This document shows, piece by piece, positions 36,680 through 46,989 of a stretch of DNA of 64,000 bases (position 1 is its first letter; each line of letters begins with the position of its first letter). This DNA comes from an uncultured virus (IMG/VR IMGVR_UViG_3300002835_000135) (Duplodnaviria > Heunggongvirae > Uroviricota > Caudoviricetes). The stretch lies in IMG/VR virus record IMGVR_UViG_3300002835_000135. One strand, written 5' to 3'. Position numbers and translations under genes: made by a program. Under the pieces are notes generated by a model. That model saw only the letters and a program-made list of their open reading frames with translations. It made no database searches and was not told where the DNA came from.

Positions 36680-38365
36680 TCAATTCTCTCTTCTTTCTGT
36701 TCCAGGATAAAATTCAAATCTATCATGTTTAATTGGTGAAAGCAGTAAAACCGCGGATTTTATTTTATTATCTTTTTGCATTTGAAACACATTACTCATC
36801 CAAGTTTGTTCAAATGGGTGATTCCATTTGGTTTCCAAAAACAATTTATTATTACCATCTCTAGATACCCATAGTGGCCAATTACAATAATGAACCTCAC
36901 CTTCCAAATATGTAACGTCTTGGTATTTTTTCATTAAAGAAAAATTGGTTCTAGGCGCATCTGGGTCAAAACCCTTCAATGGTAATCTTCTTTTCTCTGG
37001 AAAATACTTATCCCTAATATTTTGTGGAATATTATACCATGCCCATTGAACCATATTGTCACCAAAGAATTCTGAAAATGATAACTTTAAATAATCGTAT
37101 TCATTTTCATATATGATTCTAACTGACTTACTAAATAAATTTTCTTTATATCTTGAAAACCCTGAACCACAAACTTCATTTGTTTTTGGGTGTAGATTCA
37201 TATCATCCTCAAAAAATATATAGTAATCAGAATCACTGGCTTCAAAATCTTCAGCAACCCATTGTCTACCACCGCATATGCCTATGTTATCTTTTTTAAC
37301 TTCTTCAAACCCATATTTCTCACATAACATTCTATAATCTTCATCAGTAGTTCTATCGATTGAATTATTTAATAAAACTTTTCTTGGTTTAGACAAAAAA
37401 TCATGATCAACTTCCTCAAATGATTTAATTAATGTTTCAAATTGTTTTGGCGAATTATATGTCAACACATAAAGAGTTGTTTTCACATCTGAAAATGGTT
37501 TCAAACCTCTTTTAGTTTTCTTTACAGTTTCTCTAATTGTTTTTAGATTCTCAAAAAATGGCCACACTAAACCATTACCTTCAATTTCAAACCTATGGAT
37601 TATATCTGGATGTCTATGACAAAGTATTGTAAATAAACATTCATCAGCACCCATATAACCCGACTTAATGGTTGTTTCTAAAACACTATAATACAAGCCA
37701 TTCATTTGAGATATTATGGACTTTCTACCCCCAAAGAAACCACCTCTTGCAACGTAATCAACAAAGTCAACACCGCAATATTCGGCCATCTTTTTTCTTT
37801 CAAACCCATGTATTTCATCGTTTGCGGTATATGGGTATGTTATGTGAACAAACTTTTCAGTTAACTCACAATAGTAATCTAGATTATCTAATACGTTATC
37901 TTTTGTGAAATATCCTTTAGGTACTGTTGATGTTAAACCGCCATCAATCCAAAAGAAATAATCAGATGCAAATGGATCAAAGATTGTTGTGTCGTTTAAC
38001 ATAAACATCTTTGTCATCATCATTGGGTTATAAAACTCCAACGCCGCTTGTGGTGATTCTGGTAACCATCCAGCAAAATTTCTCCATTCCTCATTTGTTC
38101 TTATTTTTTGTAATTCATTAAAAAATGGAAACCAAGTTTTAAAATCTTCAACTTCTTTTATGTAAACTCGTGTATTTTCTTTATTTCGAATTTTCCAAAC
38201 ATCTTCTTCTAAATCTTTTGGTATCCAAATAACCATATTGGCATCTGTTTCTAATAATTCAAAAAACTTTGTTTTATACTGTTGAAAATCTCTTTTAGCC
38301 CATCCATCAATTGAGCCCCTTCCAAGGTCCCATAATCCTGTTACTATTGTTACGTTTCGATTCAT
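36680..38365 (-). CDS. HtrL/WlaTC-like glycosyltransferase fused to a second GT-A domain
   Basis: TIVTGLWDLGR, FFWIDGG, GGFFGG; then FFEDD. Confidence 0.75.
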   Translation of the reverse strand: MNRNVTIVTGLWDLGRGSIDGWAKRDFQQYKTKFFELLETDANMVIWIPKDLEEDVWKIRNKENTRVYIKEVEDFKTWFPFFNELQKIRTNEEWRNFAGWLPESPQAALEFYNPMMMTKMFMLNDTTIFDPFASDYFFWIDGGLTSTVPKGYFTKDNVLDNLDYYCELTEKFVHITYPYTANDEIHGFERKKMAEYCGVDFVDYVARGGFFGGRKSIISQMNGLYYSVLETTIKSGYMGADECLFTILCHRHPDIIHRFEIEGNGLVWPFFENLKTIRETVKKTKRGLKPFSDVKTTLYVLTYNSPKQFETLIKSFEEVDHDFLSKPRKVLLNNSIDRTTDEDYRMLCEKYGFEEVKKDNIGICGGRQWVAEDFEASDSDYYIFFEDDMNLHPKTNEVCGSGFSRYKENLFSKSVRIIYENEYDYLKLSFSEFFGDNMVQWAWYNIPQNIRDKYFPEKRRLPLKGFDPDAPRTNFSLMKKYQDVTYLEGEVHYCNWPLWVSRDGNNKLFLETKWNHPFEQTWMSNVFQMQKDNKIKSAVLLLSPIKHDRFEFYPGTERREN

Positions 38366-38367
38366 AT

Positions 38368-39327
38368 TTAAAACTTAAAATTTAGTGTCATTCCTTCATT
38401 TGTGCCAATTTTAAAAATTTTTTCAGGTTCACTTTCTGGCGAAAATTCCAGCATTAAAAACTTTTTTGTCATATAAATTGGGTCACCGCCCATAATGTCA
38501 TTATTTACGTGGATATTAAATTGTAAATTATTTTCTTTTTCAAGTAAACCTTTTACAATTTCAGTTACATCCTTTGCTATATCAAGAACTGAATTAGTAT
38601 AACCCTCATCTATTTCAAATGATGGTGTGCCGTATATTGCTTTATGAAGAATAATTTTTTGTCCTTTGTAAATTGCTTCCTCTTTATACCATGATTCGTC
38701 AATATTTGTAACGTATGGGTGGTAAGTGAATTTAAAAAATTCATAATTCTTCACATCATTAACACCTTCATTTAACCACGCCTCATATGCCCATCTAGTT
38801 CCCGCAGTAACTTCATTTGTTCTTTGAAGATGTTTTGTTTGTGTCCACCAAAAATTACCCCAAAACCATCCGTTAATACATGTAACACCAACGTTATCAT
38901 ATTCATCTAATTTTTCAACTGATTCTTCCCATTTATCTATTAGATAATATTCCAAACATTCTTTCCATGCAAGTATGTTGTTAATTTTATCTGTAGATGT
39001 TTCTTTTGATGAGTATTTTGAATAAGTGTTACTTACTCCTTTAGCATGGAAATATAAAATTTTTACATCTTTTGATAATCCAATTTCTCTTACCTTTTTA
39101 ACCGCAGGATACTCTGCTGCATTATTGGTAAAAAATTCTTTATTTAATTTATCATATTCTTTTGTGACTTCATTAAATTCATCTTCTGTTCCCTCAGAAA
39201 GATTTATCGTCACGTATATAGATTCGGCAGCGTCATATAACCCCGATTTTTTTAATCTCAATAATTGATTGGAAACAATGTGTTTCCAATTACCAACCAA
39301 ATAACAATGGTAAACTATATTAATCAT
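38368..39327 (-). CDS. Putative glycosyltransferase-like protein
   Basis: ILYFHAKG, GNFWW motifs, GT cluster context. Confidence 0.5.
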   Translation of the reverse strand: MINIVYHCYLVGNWKHIVSNQLLRLKKSGLYDAAESIYVTINLSEGTEDEFNEVTKEYDKLNKEFFTNNAAEYPAVKKVREIGLSKDVKILYFHAKGVSNTYSKYSSKETSTDKINNILAWKECLEYYLIDKWEESVEKLDEYDNVGVTCINGWFWGNFWWTQTKHLQRTNEVTAGTRWAYEAWLNEGVNDVKNYEFFKFTYHPYVTNIDESWYKEEAIYKGQKIILHKAIYGTPSFEIDEGYTNSVLDIAKDVTEIVKGLLEKENNLQFNIHVNNDIMGGDPIYMTKKFLMLEFSPESEPEKIFKIGTNEGMTLNFKF

Positions 39328-40650
39328 TTATTTCTTTTTTATAACACTTGTAATGCTCCAATCTGGTTTTGATTGGTATATCTCAACACTTTCAATATTA
39401 TTATTTAGATAGTTCATTTCATCTTCTGTCATATAATCTGAAATAATTTTACCATTACGTTGGTATTCCTTTAACATATCTAAGGTGATTGTTTTATTTG
39501 GGTCTCCCCACCCGCACCAATTCTTTTCCGGATTCACCGCTTCTAAACTAGTATGTAAATCTTCGATTATGAAAATTCCACCAGGTTTTAATGATTTAAA
39601 CATTTTAGCAAAAGTGATTTGTTGGTCATACATTCTATGTGAACCATCATCTAAAATAATATCAATATCATTATGGGTCAATGAAAATGAATCAACGTTA
39701 TCAGCATTTGATTGGTCCATTTTAATTAATGTCAACCTATCTCTATTTGTTGAAACTAATTTATTGTCGGCGTTTTCAGGATTAATATCCAAACCATAGA
39801 TTTCTGCATTGGTAAAATAATCTAACCACAATCTAATAGATTCGCCGTCATACATCCCAATCTCAACAAACTTTTTAACATCATTCCTTAACGGTTTAAA
39901 CAGTTCGCTATAAATTAAATTGAAGAAGTCGTGCTCATGATGTTTATCCGTCATGTAGTGGTCAATCATGTCAATTATTTCAACGCCCTCAGGTTTAGTA
40001 ATATTAAAAATTGAATAGTATGCGGTGTCTAATGTTCTATTTTTAACTAAACCATATGAGAACGCATGGAAAATAAAGTTCTTATTTTGTAGGTCTCTAA
40101 AAACTCTACCATTTAAAACTTTGTTACCAATTATTTTTATCTTAGAATTATATCCCTCGTTGTCGTATAGATACCCAAAACAGGTTTGGTCGTGCCACAA
40201 ACCATTATTATAATACCCTTTTGCTTGATTATTTGGTCCCGTTAATTCTTCACTAACATCCCACCACCTTTGTAAGAATTCTTTTGTCCATTCGGAATTT
40301 TTAAAAAGTAAAACACCTGCATTCATTCTACTTGGACCGTAGTCCATAGTAACAACACAATCATAGTCCTTATCAATAAAATCTTCTATTCTGTATGAAT
40401 CATCACTAACAATAGCATCTGCGTCTAAAAATAGGATATAATCGGGATTATGATTCTCAATTATATCTAAAATGAATTTAGGTTTATACCAAGTAAGGGA
40501 TCTTCCAACAATAGAACTTTTTATTTTATCATCATCATCTTCAACCTGATAGATATAGTTCTGTTCGTTGCAATATTTTTCATTAATTGCTTTTGTGTAT
40601 TTTGCATAGGACAAATTTTTTGTCCAAAATTGTGCAACAACAATCTTCAT
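39328..40650 (-). CDS. GT34-like glycosyltransferase fused to class I SAM methyltransferase
   Basis: FLDADA, NAGV, DQ; VEIG, GLDI, DDGSH, LKPGGIFIIED. Confidence 0.8.
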   Translation of the reverse strand: MKIVVAQFWTKNLSYAKYTKAINEKYCNEQNYIYQVEDDDDKIKSSIVGRSLTWYKPKFILDIIENHNPDYILFLDADAIVSDDSYRIEDFIDKDYDCVVTMDYGPSRMNAGVLLFKNSEWTKEFLQRWWDVSEELTGPNNQAKGYYNNGLWHDQTCFGYLYDNEGYNSKIKIIGNKVLNGRVFRDLQNKNFIFHAFSYGLVKNRTLDTAYYSIFNITKPEGVEIIDMIDHYMTDKHHEHDFFNLIYSELFKPLRNDVKKFVEIGMYDGESIRLWLDYFTNAEIYGLDINPENADNKLVSTNRDRLTLIKMDQSNADNVDSFSLTHNDIDIILDDGSHRMYDQQITFAKMFKSLKPGGIFIIEDLHTSLEAVNPEKNWCGWGDPNKTITLDMLKEYQRNGKIISDYMTEDEMNYLNNNIESVEIYQSKPDWSITSVIKKK

Positions 40651-40664
40651 ATATTTTTTTATTA

Positions 40665-41918
40665 TTATAAATTACCTTCAAATCTATCACACCAATCCTT
40701 AGATTCTGAATGTGGCCAGATTACCCATTTTACAGGTTTTTCTTTTATGTTAAATGTTCTCCATACTTTATAATAACCATCGGGGTCATTCTTTAATCTA
40801 GCGATTTCATTTTTATCCGCATCTTGTCTAAAAATGGTTTCACCTTTACTGTTTTCAAACGCAACTACCCAGAAGTCATAATCCTCAAAAGGTACTTGAG
40901 TTGGGAACACATCTATACAATGTTTAAATATGCTTAAAAACGATTCTTCGTACTCTTTAGGGTCATCAATAATTGGGTTAGGTGCGTAGTTTCTATCTAA
41001 GGTATGTTGTTGTATTGCCCTCTTTTTAAATGAAATACCAGCATATCTTTCGTAATCTTCAAGCGTTCTAACCGAACCAAAGTCATAAACACCAAAATCA
41101 ATATCTCTCACTTCACCGTCCATCTCAAATAACTTTCTATTTCTTTTGTGTGATTCGACATTCTTAGTTACCCATGCTCTATCATCATCCCATTGTTTTT
41201 TTCTACCCTTTCTAGTGTATTCATGCCAAACAACTACTTTGTGTGGGTGAAATAAATCATATCCCCAAGTATACGCCCTAACAGCAATTGAAATTTCCTC
41301 ACCATGAAAATAATAATTTGGGTCATGTGGAACTTCTTTAACGAAATCACCAGTAGTAAACGCGAAGTGCGCCGAATAAAATCTAGATGGTACTGGCGCT
41401 GTTAATTCTTTGTAATTATCGATAGATGCTGGTAAAAAGAAGATAGCACCTTCAGGGATAAATCTATCAAAGTCCATTTTCCAAGGAATCGCATGTCTTT
41501 CTTCCGGATCTTTTTCTGGATTAAAAGATGACACATAACCAGTAAGTAATGGTTTTGCGTGCCCCATAGCTTGCAGTTGCTTATACATTGAAATCAACTC
41601 AACGTCCCAATCCTTAATAAATCTATGATGTGAATCTAACTGTAATGTGTATTGTTCACCGTTATATTGTTGTTGTAACTGATTCCTAGCCCAACAAGCG
41701 CCTCTAGAATCTTCATAATTGATATCTACTATCTTAAAACGTTTATCTTTCTTATAAAGCGATAAATCGTCCCAGACATCATCTTTTGAATGTTGCCAAG
41801 CAATTGAGAAAACTAAATTTTTAGGGTACTTTGCATTTGCGATACAATTCTCAATTGTTGGAATTAATTGAGGATCTCGATACGACGCAATTTGAATGAA
41901 AATCTTTGAATTAGCCAT
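40665..41918 (-). CDS. GT60-like polypeptide GlcNAc transferase
   Basis: IFIQIASYRD, GACWAR, LQLDSHHRF, FHGEE. Confidence 0.8.
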   Translation of the reverse strand: MANSKIFIQIASYRDPQLIPTIENCIANAKYPKNLVFSIAWQHSKDDVWDDLSLYKKDKRFKIVDINYEDSRGACWARNQLQQQYNGEQYTLQLDSHHRFIKDWDVELISMYKQLQAMGHAKPLLTGYVSSFNPEKDPEERHAIPWKMDFDRFIPEGAIFFLPASIDNYKELTAPVPSRFYSAHFAFTTGDFVKEVPHDPNYYFHGEEISIAVRAYTWGYDLFHPHKVVVWHEYTRKGRKKQWDDDRAWVTKNVESHKRNRKLFEMDGEVRDIDFGVYDFGSVRTLEDYERYAGISFKKRAIQQHTLDRNYAPNPIIDDPKEYEESFLSIFKHCIDVFPTQVPFEDYDFWVVAFENSKGETIFRQDADKNEIARLKNDPDGYYKVWRTFNIKEKPVKWVIWPHSESKDWCDRFEGNL

Positions 41919-42011
41919 ATTTTTTCTTTTGACTAATATAAGTAAATAATTCTTATTTTTGAACCCTTTTCATTATGCTTTTTTTTACTTATATTGTTAA
42001 AAAATAGATGA

Positions 42012-42392
42012 ATGTCAAAAATTACGTATCAACCAATTGTAATTGAAAAAGCGAATGTTATAATAGATGAATTAATATATTCAAATTTTTTTAAGGATAA
42101 TGAAATAATGGATATTAGTTTTGCTATTAAAACGATTTCGGATAAATTAACCGAAAAGTTCATAAATGGGGAACTAGAGAATGAGGATTTATTCGTAAGT
42201 GGTGAATTTGTGGGTATGCTCCAAATGATTATAGCTGAAAACGTGCTTCGAGAATTACAAAAGAAAGGATTAATCACTTCTTATGAAGACGAAAATACAG
42301 AAGAAGTATTTTTTTTAACTGAACTTGGTAAACAAGTTAAAGACATAGAAGCAATGGAAGAAATTAATACTTTAAGTGGAAAAACTAACTAG
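42012..42392 (+). CDS. Hypothetical protein with winged-helix-like C-terminus
   Basis: LRELQKKGLI...FLTELGK. Confidence 0.55.
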   Translation: MSKITYQPIVIEKANVIIDELIYSNFFKDNEIMDISFAIKTISDKLTEKFINGELENEDLFVSGEFVGMLQMIIAENVLRELQKKGLITSYEDENTEEVFFLTELGKQVKDIEAMEEINTLSGKTN

Positions 42393-42715
42393 TTCTTGTT
42401 TTTCTTTTCATCAACTTGTTGAGCAAAAGCCCCTCTTTTTAAGGTTTTAACTTTTTCTTTAACTGATGATATTGTTTTTTGTGAGGTTGTTAAAGTATTC
42501 ATTAATGTGGATAACTTACCACCAATAGAACCCTTTAGCCCCGTTGGTAGTGAATCTTCAACTTTTCTCAATTCTTTAATAGTTTCATTTAACGAACTAC
42601 TAAAATCATCTAATTTAAATTGTACACGGTTATATTCCTGTCTAGACACTTTTTCCTCATTTAGTATCTTAGATAGGATTTCCTTGATTTTTTCTTCGCT
42701 AATTATATTGTGCAT
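42389..42715 (-). CDS. Hypothetical coiled-coil protein
   Basis: ISEEKIKEILSKILNE motif. Confidence 0.6.
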   Translation of the reverse strand: MHNIISEEKIKEILSKILNEEKVSRQEYNRVQFKLDDFSSSLNETIKELRKVEDSLPTGLKGSIGGKLSTLMNTLTTSQKTISSVKEKVKTLKRGAFAQQVDEKKNKN

Positions 42716-42797
42716 ATTTTAACTATTCTATTGTGCATATTTTAACTATTCTATTGTGCATATTTTAACTATTCTATTGTGCATATTTTAACTATTC
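42706..42797. repeat. Perfect tandem repeat, 4 x 23 bp, at a stop/start junction
   Basis: TATTGTGCATATTTTAACTATTC x4. Confidence 0.95.
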
Positions 42798-43043
42798 GAT
42801 GTTAAAATCTTTGTATTCTTGATCTGAAAGTTCTTTATCTCTTTTCATACCCTCTTTAATGTAACCTCTAATTAACTTAGATACTGTCACATCTTTCTTA
42901 TCTGCAACCTTCTCAATTTCCTTAAAATACGCCGGAACGACTCTAAATGATAACATTTGGATTAATTGCTTATGCTTTGGTTTGTCCGAGCCGATATTAT
43001 CTTTTCGGTTTTTTTGCATTTCTTGATATTTTTTGGAAGCCAT
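42792..43043 (-). CDS. Ribbon-helix-helix-like DNA-binding protein
   Basis: MLSFRV...EIEKVA...TVSKLIR. Confidence 0.55.
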   Translation of the reverse strand: MASKKYQEMQKNRKDNIGSDKPKHKQLIQMLSFRVVPAYFKEIEKVADKKDVTVSKLIRGYIKEGMKRDKELSDQEYKDFNIE

Positions 43044-43116
43044 TTTAAATCTTGATTTATTATAAATATTTGGTATTTTCCTTTTTTTTGTTTATTTTAG
43101 TTAAAAACACAAATAT

Positions 43117-43467
43117 ATGTCAGAAGAAAAACCATCAGTCATTAAACAATGCGAAGAAAAGTACCCAGAAACCACCGCAGAGTTCAAAAAAATCTTAAAA
43201 GAACAGTACGAGATTTTTTGTAGAAAACAGTTAAATTACGGCCCAGATAACATATCTGTTGGTACAAGATTGGAAACCCCAGAGGAAGTTAAATTATCGC
43301 AAACTGGACTTTGGTTCAGAATGAACGATAAGGTTCAACGTTTAAAACAATTAGTTTTATTAGGTAAACCAGATACTGTTGGTGAAGCAATCGAAGATAC
43401 GTATCAAGATTTATCTGTATATAACATTATAGCACAAATTGTTATTAGAGGAAAATGGGCTAAGTAA
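43117..43467 (+). CDS. DUF1599 / nucleotide-modification-associated domain 1 protein
   Basis: K..NYG, RMNDKVQRL, EDT..DL.VY.II. Confidence 0.75.
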   Translation: MSEEKPSVIKQCEEKYPETTAEFKKILKEQYEIFCRKQLNYGPDNISVGTRLETPEEVKLSQTGLWFRMNDKVQRLKQLVLLGKPDTVGEAIEDTYQDLSVYNIIAQIVIRGKWAK

Positions 43468-43508
43468 AAAACAAGGTTTGGGTGTATTTATCTTAAACGT
43501 ATTCCCAA

Positions 43509-43865
43509 ATGAATTTAAATACGAATCACCCATCGATAATTAGATTTTTAATTGAAGTTTCAGACCATATTCTTGGTAATATTTCAGTTGAACATTATTT
43601 TGGGTTACCTAACGAAAAGCGGACGGCGGTTCTTTATGCGGTTTTTAAACTCATAAAATCTTCCACCGCTTTTCATGTTAAATTAAGCGATGACGAATTA
43701 AGGGCGTTTATTGTTGCATTATGGAAAAAAAATGAGGAAATTGAGAACTATGAATTTGCTGGTATATTAAAGGACATATCAAATAACTTTGATTCCATTA
43801 ATGATATCACCAAGCCAACTAAAAGGGTAAAAAAAGAAATAAAAAAAGAGAGAAAAAGTGAATAA
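43509..43865 (+). CDS. Hypothetical protein
   Basis: 118-aa ORF. Confidence 0.55.
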   Translation: MNLNTNHPSIIRFLIEVSDHILGNISVEHYFGLPNEKRTAVLYAVFKLIKSSTAFHVKLSDDELRAFIVALWKKNEEIENYEFAGILKDISNNFDSINDITKPTKRVKKEIKKERKSE

Positions 43866-44248
43866 TGGCACGCCGAGTAATGGATATCGAATCTAAGAAG
43901 TGGTATGCACAACAGACCTTCAAATGGTGTAAAAAATTTTTGGGTACAAACCTGAGAAAGAAAAAGCCAATCAAACTCTCATTAATCAAACAGGATAAAG
44001 ATAATTTTGGGTCTTACGACGCGGAAAAGAATAAGATAATAATATATCATGAGAATTGTCTTACGGTCAAAGACATTGTTTCAACGGTAATTCACGAATA
44101 CACCCATTATTTACAATCAAATAAAGGTTATTTTATGTTTATGGAGTATTATGACTACCAAAGTCATCCATTTGAACAAGAAGCCAGGATAAACGAACAA
44201 AAATACACAAATCGTTGCGTTAGATATATAAGACGATATTTATTATAA
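43865..44248 (+). CDS. HExxH zinc metallopeptidase-like protein
   Basis: VIHEYTHYLQ...PFEQEA. Confidence 0.7.
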   Translation: MARRVMDIESKKWYAQQTFKWCKKFLGTNLRKKKPIKLSLIKQDKDNFGSYDAEKNKIIIYHENCLTVKDIVSTVIHEYTHYLQSNKGYFMFMEYYDYQSHPFEQEARINEQKYTNRCVRYIRRYLL

Positions 44249-44260
44249 AATACTAAAATC

Positions 44261-44782
44261 ATGTTACTAGAAGATTTAATCAAAAGAGAATTAAAAAACC
44301 TAATCGAAGCTAAAGAAGCCAAAGGTAGTGTTGCTAAACATTTAGATGAATTCTCAGCAATTCATGAGCAATTAACTAAATTGAAAGCGCAAGTAAAAGC
44401 CCTTGAAAATGACCCAAAATACAAAGCAAGTAAAGAAAAAGTTACTGAAATTATGGAGGAATTAAAAGCGACTGGTGAAAAAACAATTGAAACTAAGAAA
44501 TTTATTGTATCCGTTACAAGATCAGGTAGCCAAAGTGAAACAGTTAGGTATACCGCGGTATTAGAGGAATTTCTACCTAAAGTATCAATTAGGTTAAGAG
44601 AGGTGTTTGATAAATTAAAAGCCGCTCATTCATCAATTAAGACCGTTAGTCCATCAATCGAAGTTAGTAAGAAAGAAGTTAAAGAAAGCGGAAAAGCCGC
44701 GCCATCGTTATCAGGTGTTTTATCTGGTATTAAAAGTGTTGGTTCAATGATGGATAGATTAAAATCTAAATTTAGCAAATAA
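44261..44782 (+). CDS. Hypothetical coiled-coil protein
   Basis: 173-aa ORF. Confidence 0.6.
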   Translation: MLLEDLIKRELKNLIEAKEAKGSVAKHLDEFSAIHEQLTKLKAQVKALENDPKYKASKEKVTEIMEELKATGEKTIETKKFIVSVTRSGSQSETVRYTAVLEEFLPKVSIRLREVFDKLKAAHSSIKTVSPSIEVSKKEVKESGKAAPSLSGVLSGIKSVGSMMDRLKSKFSK

Positions 44783-44972
44783 CCTCAGCATCACTTATTT
44801 CCCTTAGAAATAAAAAAACCTCACCTTGTGGGGTTTTTTGTTTTAACACAATATCACAATACCAGAATTCTTTTAAATCCTGAATACGTTCCTCAATAAC
44901 TTGTCCTTGATTTACTTTACGATATGTCCAATATAATCTATCTTGATATTTTACAAAATCTCTAGGTATCAT
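44772..44972 (-). CDS. Hypothetical protein
   Basis: 66-aa ORF. Confidence 0.55.
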   Translation of the reverse strand: MIPRDFVKYQDRLYWTYRKVNQGQVIEERIQDLKEFWYCDIVLKQKTPQGEVFLFLREISDAEVIC

Positions 44973-44977
44973 TTAGG

Positions 44978-45610
44978 TTATTTAAATTTAAAACCCGTAA
45001 GTTTCTCAATATCAGCAAGTTCAACTTTATTATTATTCAAACCATCTGCTTTGGTTGTGTTGTTATCAAAAATAAACGCCATCCACTCATTTGATTTTTT
45101 AGCGTACACAACCTTCCAGCACTGTATTGGAACCGCTGTTGTCCCTATACGCTTTGCAACACCAATTGAACCAGCCCAAATGTGAACTGAATCTTCTTTG
45201 ATAGCGATTTCACGTGACCACATCTCTAATTCCTTCCAATCACCTCTATTTAATGCTGGGTACTGAGCTGTCATATTACTAAAAAAGAAAGATTCTTCGT
45301 TTGCCACTTTGTCACAAGATGCATCTGCCGCTGGAAAATTATGTCCACGATCAAAGCCAGAGCCGGTATAATCCGCCTGTAAACTTGTCTCAGAAGGTAA
45401 CTTTGGGTCAGGAATAAACTTGTCTCCACGTTTAACTTTAACAGCGCACGTTAACCCTGCTTTGGTAATCCACCACTCTACCATTACTGGATAATGCTTA
45501 GATTTACTATAATGGGTGGTAAATGCTTTGTGTGTTAATTTAACGACGTCTTGACCGTTAACTGTTAATGTGAATAGAAATAATGTAATAAATAATAAAA
45601 ATTTTCTCAT
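44978..45610 (-). CDS. Secreted DNA/RNA non-specific endonuclease (NucA-like)
   Basis: Signal peptide; DRGH, SNM..Q...LN.G.W..LE. Confidence 0.9.
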   Translation of the reverse strand: MRKFLLFITLFLFTLTVNGQDVVKLTHKAFTTHYSKSKHYPVMVEWWITKAGLTCAVKVKRGDKFIPDPKLPSETSLQADYTGSGFDRGHNFPAADASCDKVANEESFFFSNMTAQYPALNRGDWKELEMWSREIAIKEDSVHIWAGSIGVAKRIGTTAVPIQCWKVVYAKKSNEWMAFIFDNNTTKADGLNNNKVELADIEKLTGFKFK

Positions 45611-46161
45611 AAATTGTTTTGCTTTATATAGTTAAATATCTCCATAGGAGTATTATCACTAATAGCAAACTCAATAAAGGGAATATTATTGGTTATTAAT
45701 TTATTCTTAATCTCCTCGTCAATTTCTTTGGATTCATTTAGATTTTGAAATCTACCATTACCATCATAAGATTCATCATCTCTTTTAAGTAAAACATTTA
45801 AACTATTGTATTTTTTAAAAAGGTTTAGAATGAATAAGTCAAAGGTGTCATCGTAAAACATTCCAGGATATTCAGGTGTGTCATTGTATCTTTCTTTATA
45901 CACGGTTCCAAGGATAATTGGGGAGTCAACTATGATATATTTTACTTTACCATATAAACGACTAATGTTTCTATGTTGATTAGCTGTAATGTAGAACTGA
46001 TCCTTGACCGCCGAGTAGTTTTCCTCCCAAGCCATAATTTTAGGAAATTCATATGTCAATTCAACATCCATATGATTTTTTTTCATCTCGGTAAACAAAC
46101 CGGCCGATTGTGTAGATTTACCAATACTTGGTCCCCCAAAAAAATTAACGATTATGCTCAT
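45607..46161 (-). CDS. P-loop NTPase/kinase (NadR/AAA_28-like)
   Basis: GGPSIGKST, IVDSP, GRFQ. Confidence 0.75.
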   Translation of the reverse strand: MSIIVNFFGGPSIGKSTQSAGLFTEMKKNHMDVELTYEFPKIMAWEENYSAVKDQFYITANQHRNISRLYGKVKYIIVDSPIILGTVYKERYNDTPEYPGMFYDDTFDLFILNLFKKYNSLNVLLKRDDESYDGNGRFQNLNESKEIDEEIKNKLITNNIPFIEFAISDNTPMEIFNYIKQNNL

Positions 46162-46242
46162 ACCTCTAATATACTAAAAAAACGGGATTTTAAGAAATAC
46201 ACCTCAATTTTTTTTATTATAAACGTTGTATTTATATAACAT

Positions 46243-46575
46243 ATGGATAGCGTATCGATTTATACAGTTTTAATAACAGCATTAACGGTTTTGGGTTCAA
46301 CTGGCGCTTGGCGTTTTTATGAAAAGAGAGCCATAAATAAAGAGAAATCTGAAAATTTCATGAAAGACGAATGTCGAGAGCGTATTGTTAAATTAGAGGT
46401 CTTATTAGAAAGATCATCTAAAGAAAAAGACGAGATGAGACAAGAAATCTTAAAACTTACTAGTGAGGTTTCAGAATTGAGAGTTAAAGTTGATTTTTTT
46501 CAAAAAGAAAACGACGACTTAGCAGCTAATAAAAGAAAACCTAGAACACCTAGAACAACAACAAAAACAAAGTAA
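46243..46575 (+). CDS. TM + coiled-coil protein (possible holin/lysis accessory)
   Basis: N-terminal TM then heptads. Confidence 0.5.
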   Translation: MDSVSIYTVLITALTVLGSTGAWRFYEKRAINKEKSENFMKDECRERIVKLEVLLERSSKEKDEMRQEILKLTSEVSELRVKVDFFQKENDDLAANKRKPRTPRTTTKTK

Positions 46576-46578
46576 TAT

Positions 46579-46989
46579 ATGAAAAAATATGTATTAACCG
46601 AATCACAGGTTAAAAGAGTAATTGACCAGTTAATCAACGAACAATTTAGCGGAACAGATTCACCAGAAGATATGCACTGGATTCAACAAGCATTGAACAA
46701 ATATTTTAAAGCAAAGAATATTAGAGGTGTTTGGTCGGATTATGAATTCAAATTAAGCCCTAACGCACCAGTTATCATCATTAGTGCTGACGGGGCTTGG
46801 AAAGAAAAATCATCTGCTGCGTTAAAGATATTCCAAAAAAATAACGGATTAAATGTTGATGGTATGGTTGGATGTTGCTCTACAAATAAATTAGTTAGAA
46901 TGGGTTATTTGGGTCGCGATTTGTTTGATAGCTTCTTAAGTTTATTTGGTTGGGAACCAAATTGTGGTGATGACTGCGCTAGCAAGTAG
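46579..46989 (+). CDS. Peptidoglycan-binding-domain protein
   Basis: IQQALN...ALKIFQKNNGLNVDGMVG. Confidence 0.75.
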   Translation: MKKYVLTESQVKRVIDQLINEQFSGTDSPEDMHWIQQALNKYFKAKNIRGVWSDYEFKLSPNAPVIIISADGAWKEKSSAALKIFQKNNGLNVDGMVGCCSTNKLVRMGYLGRDLFDSFLSLFGWEPNCGDDCASK

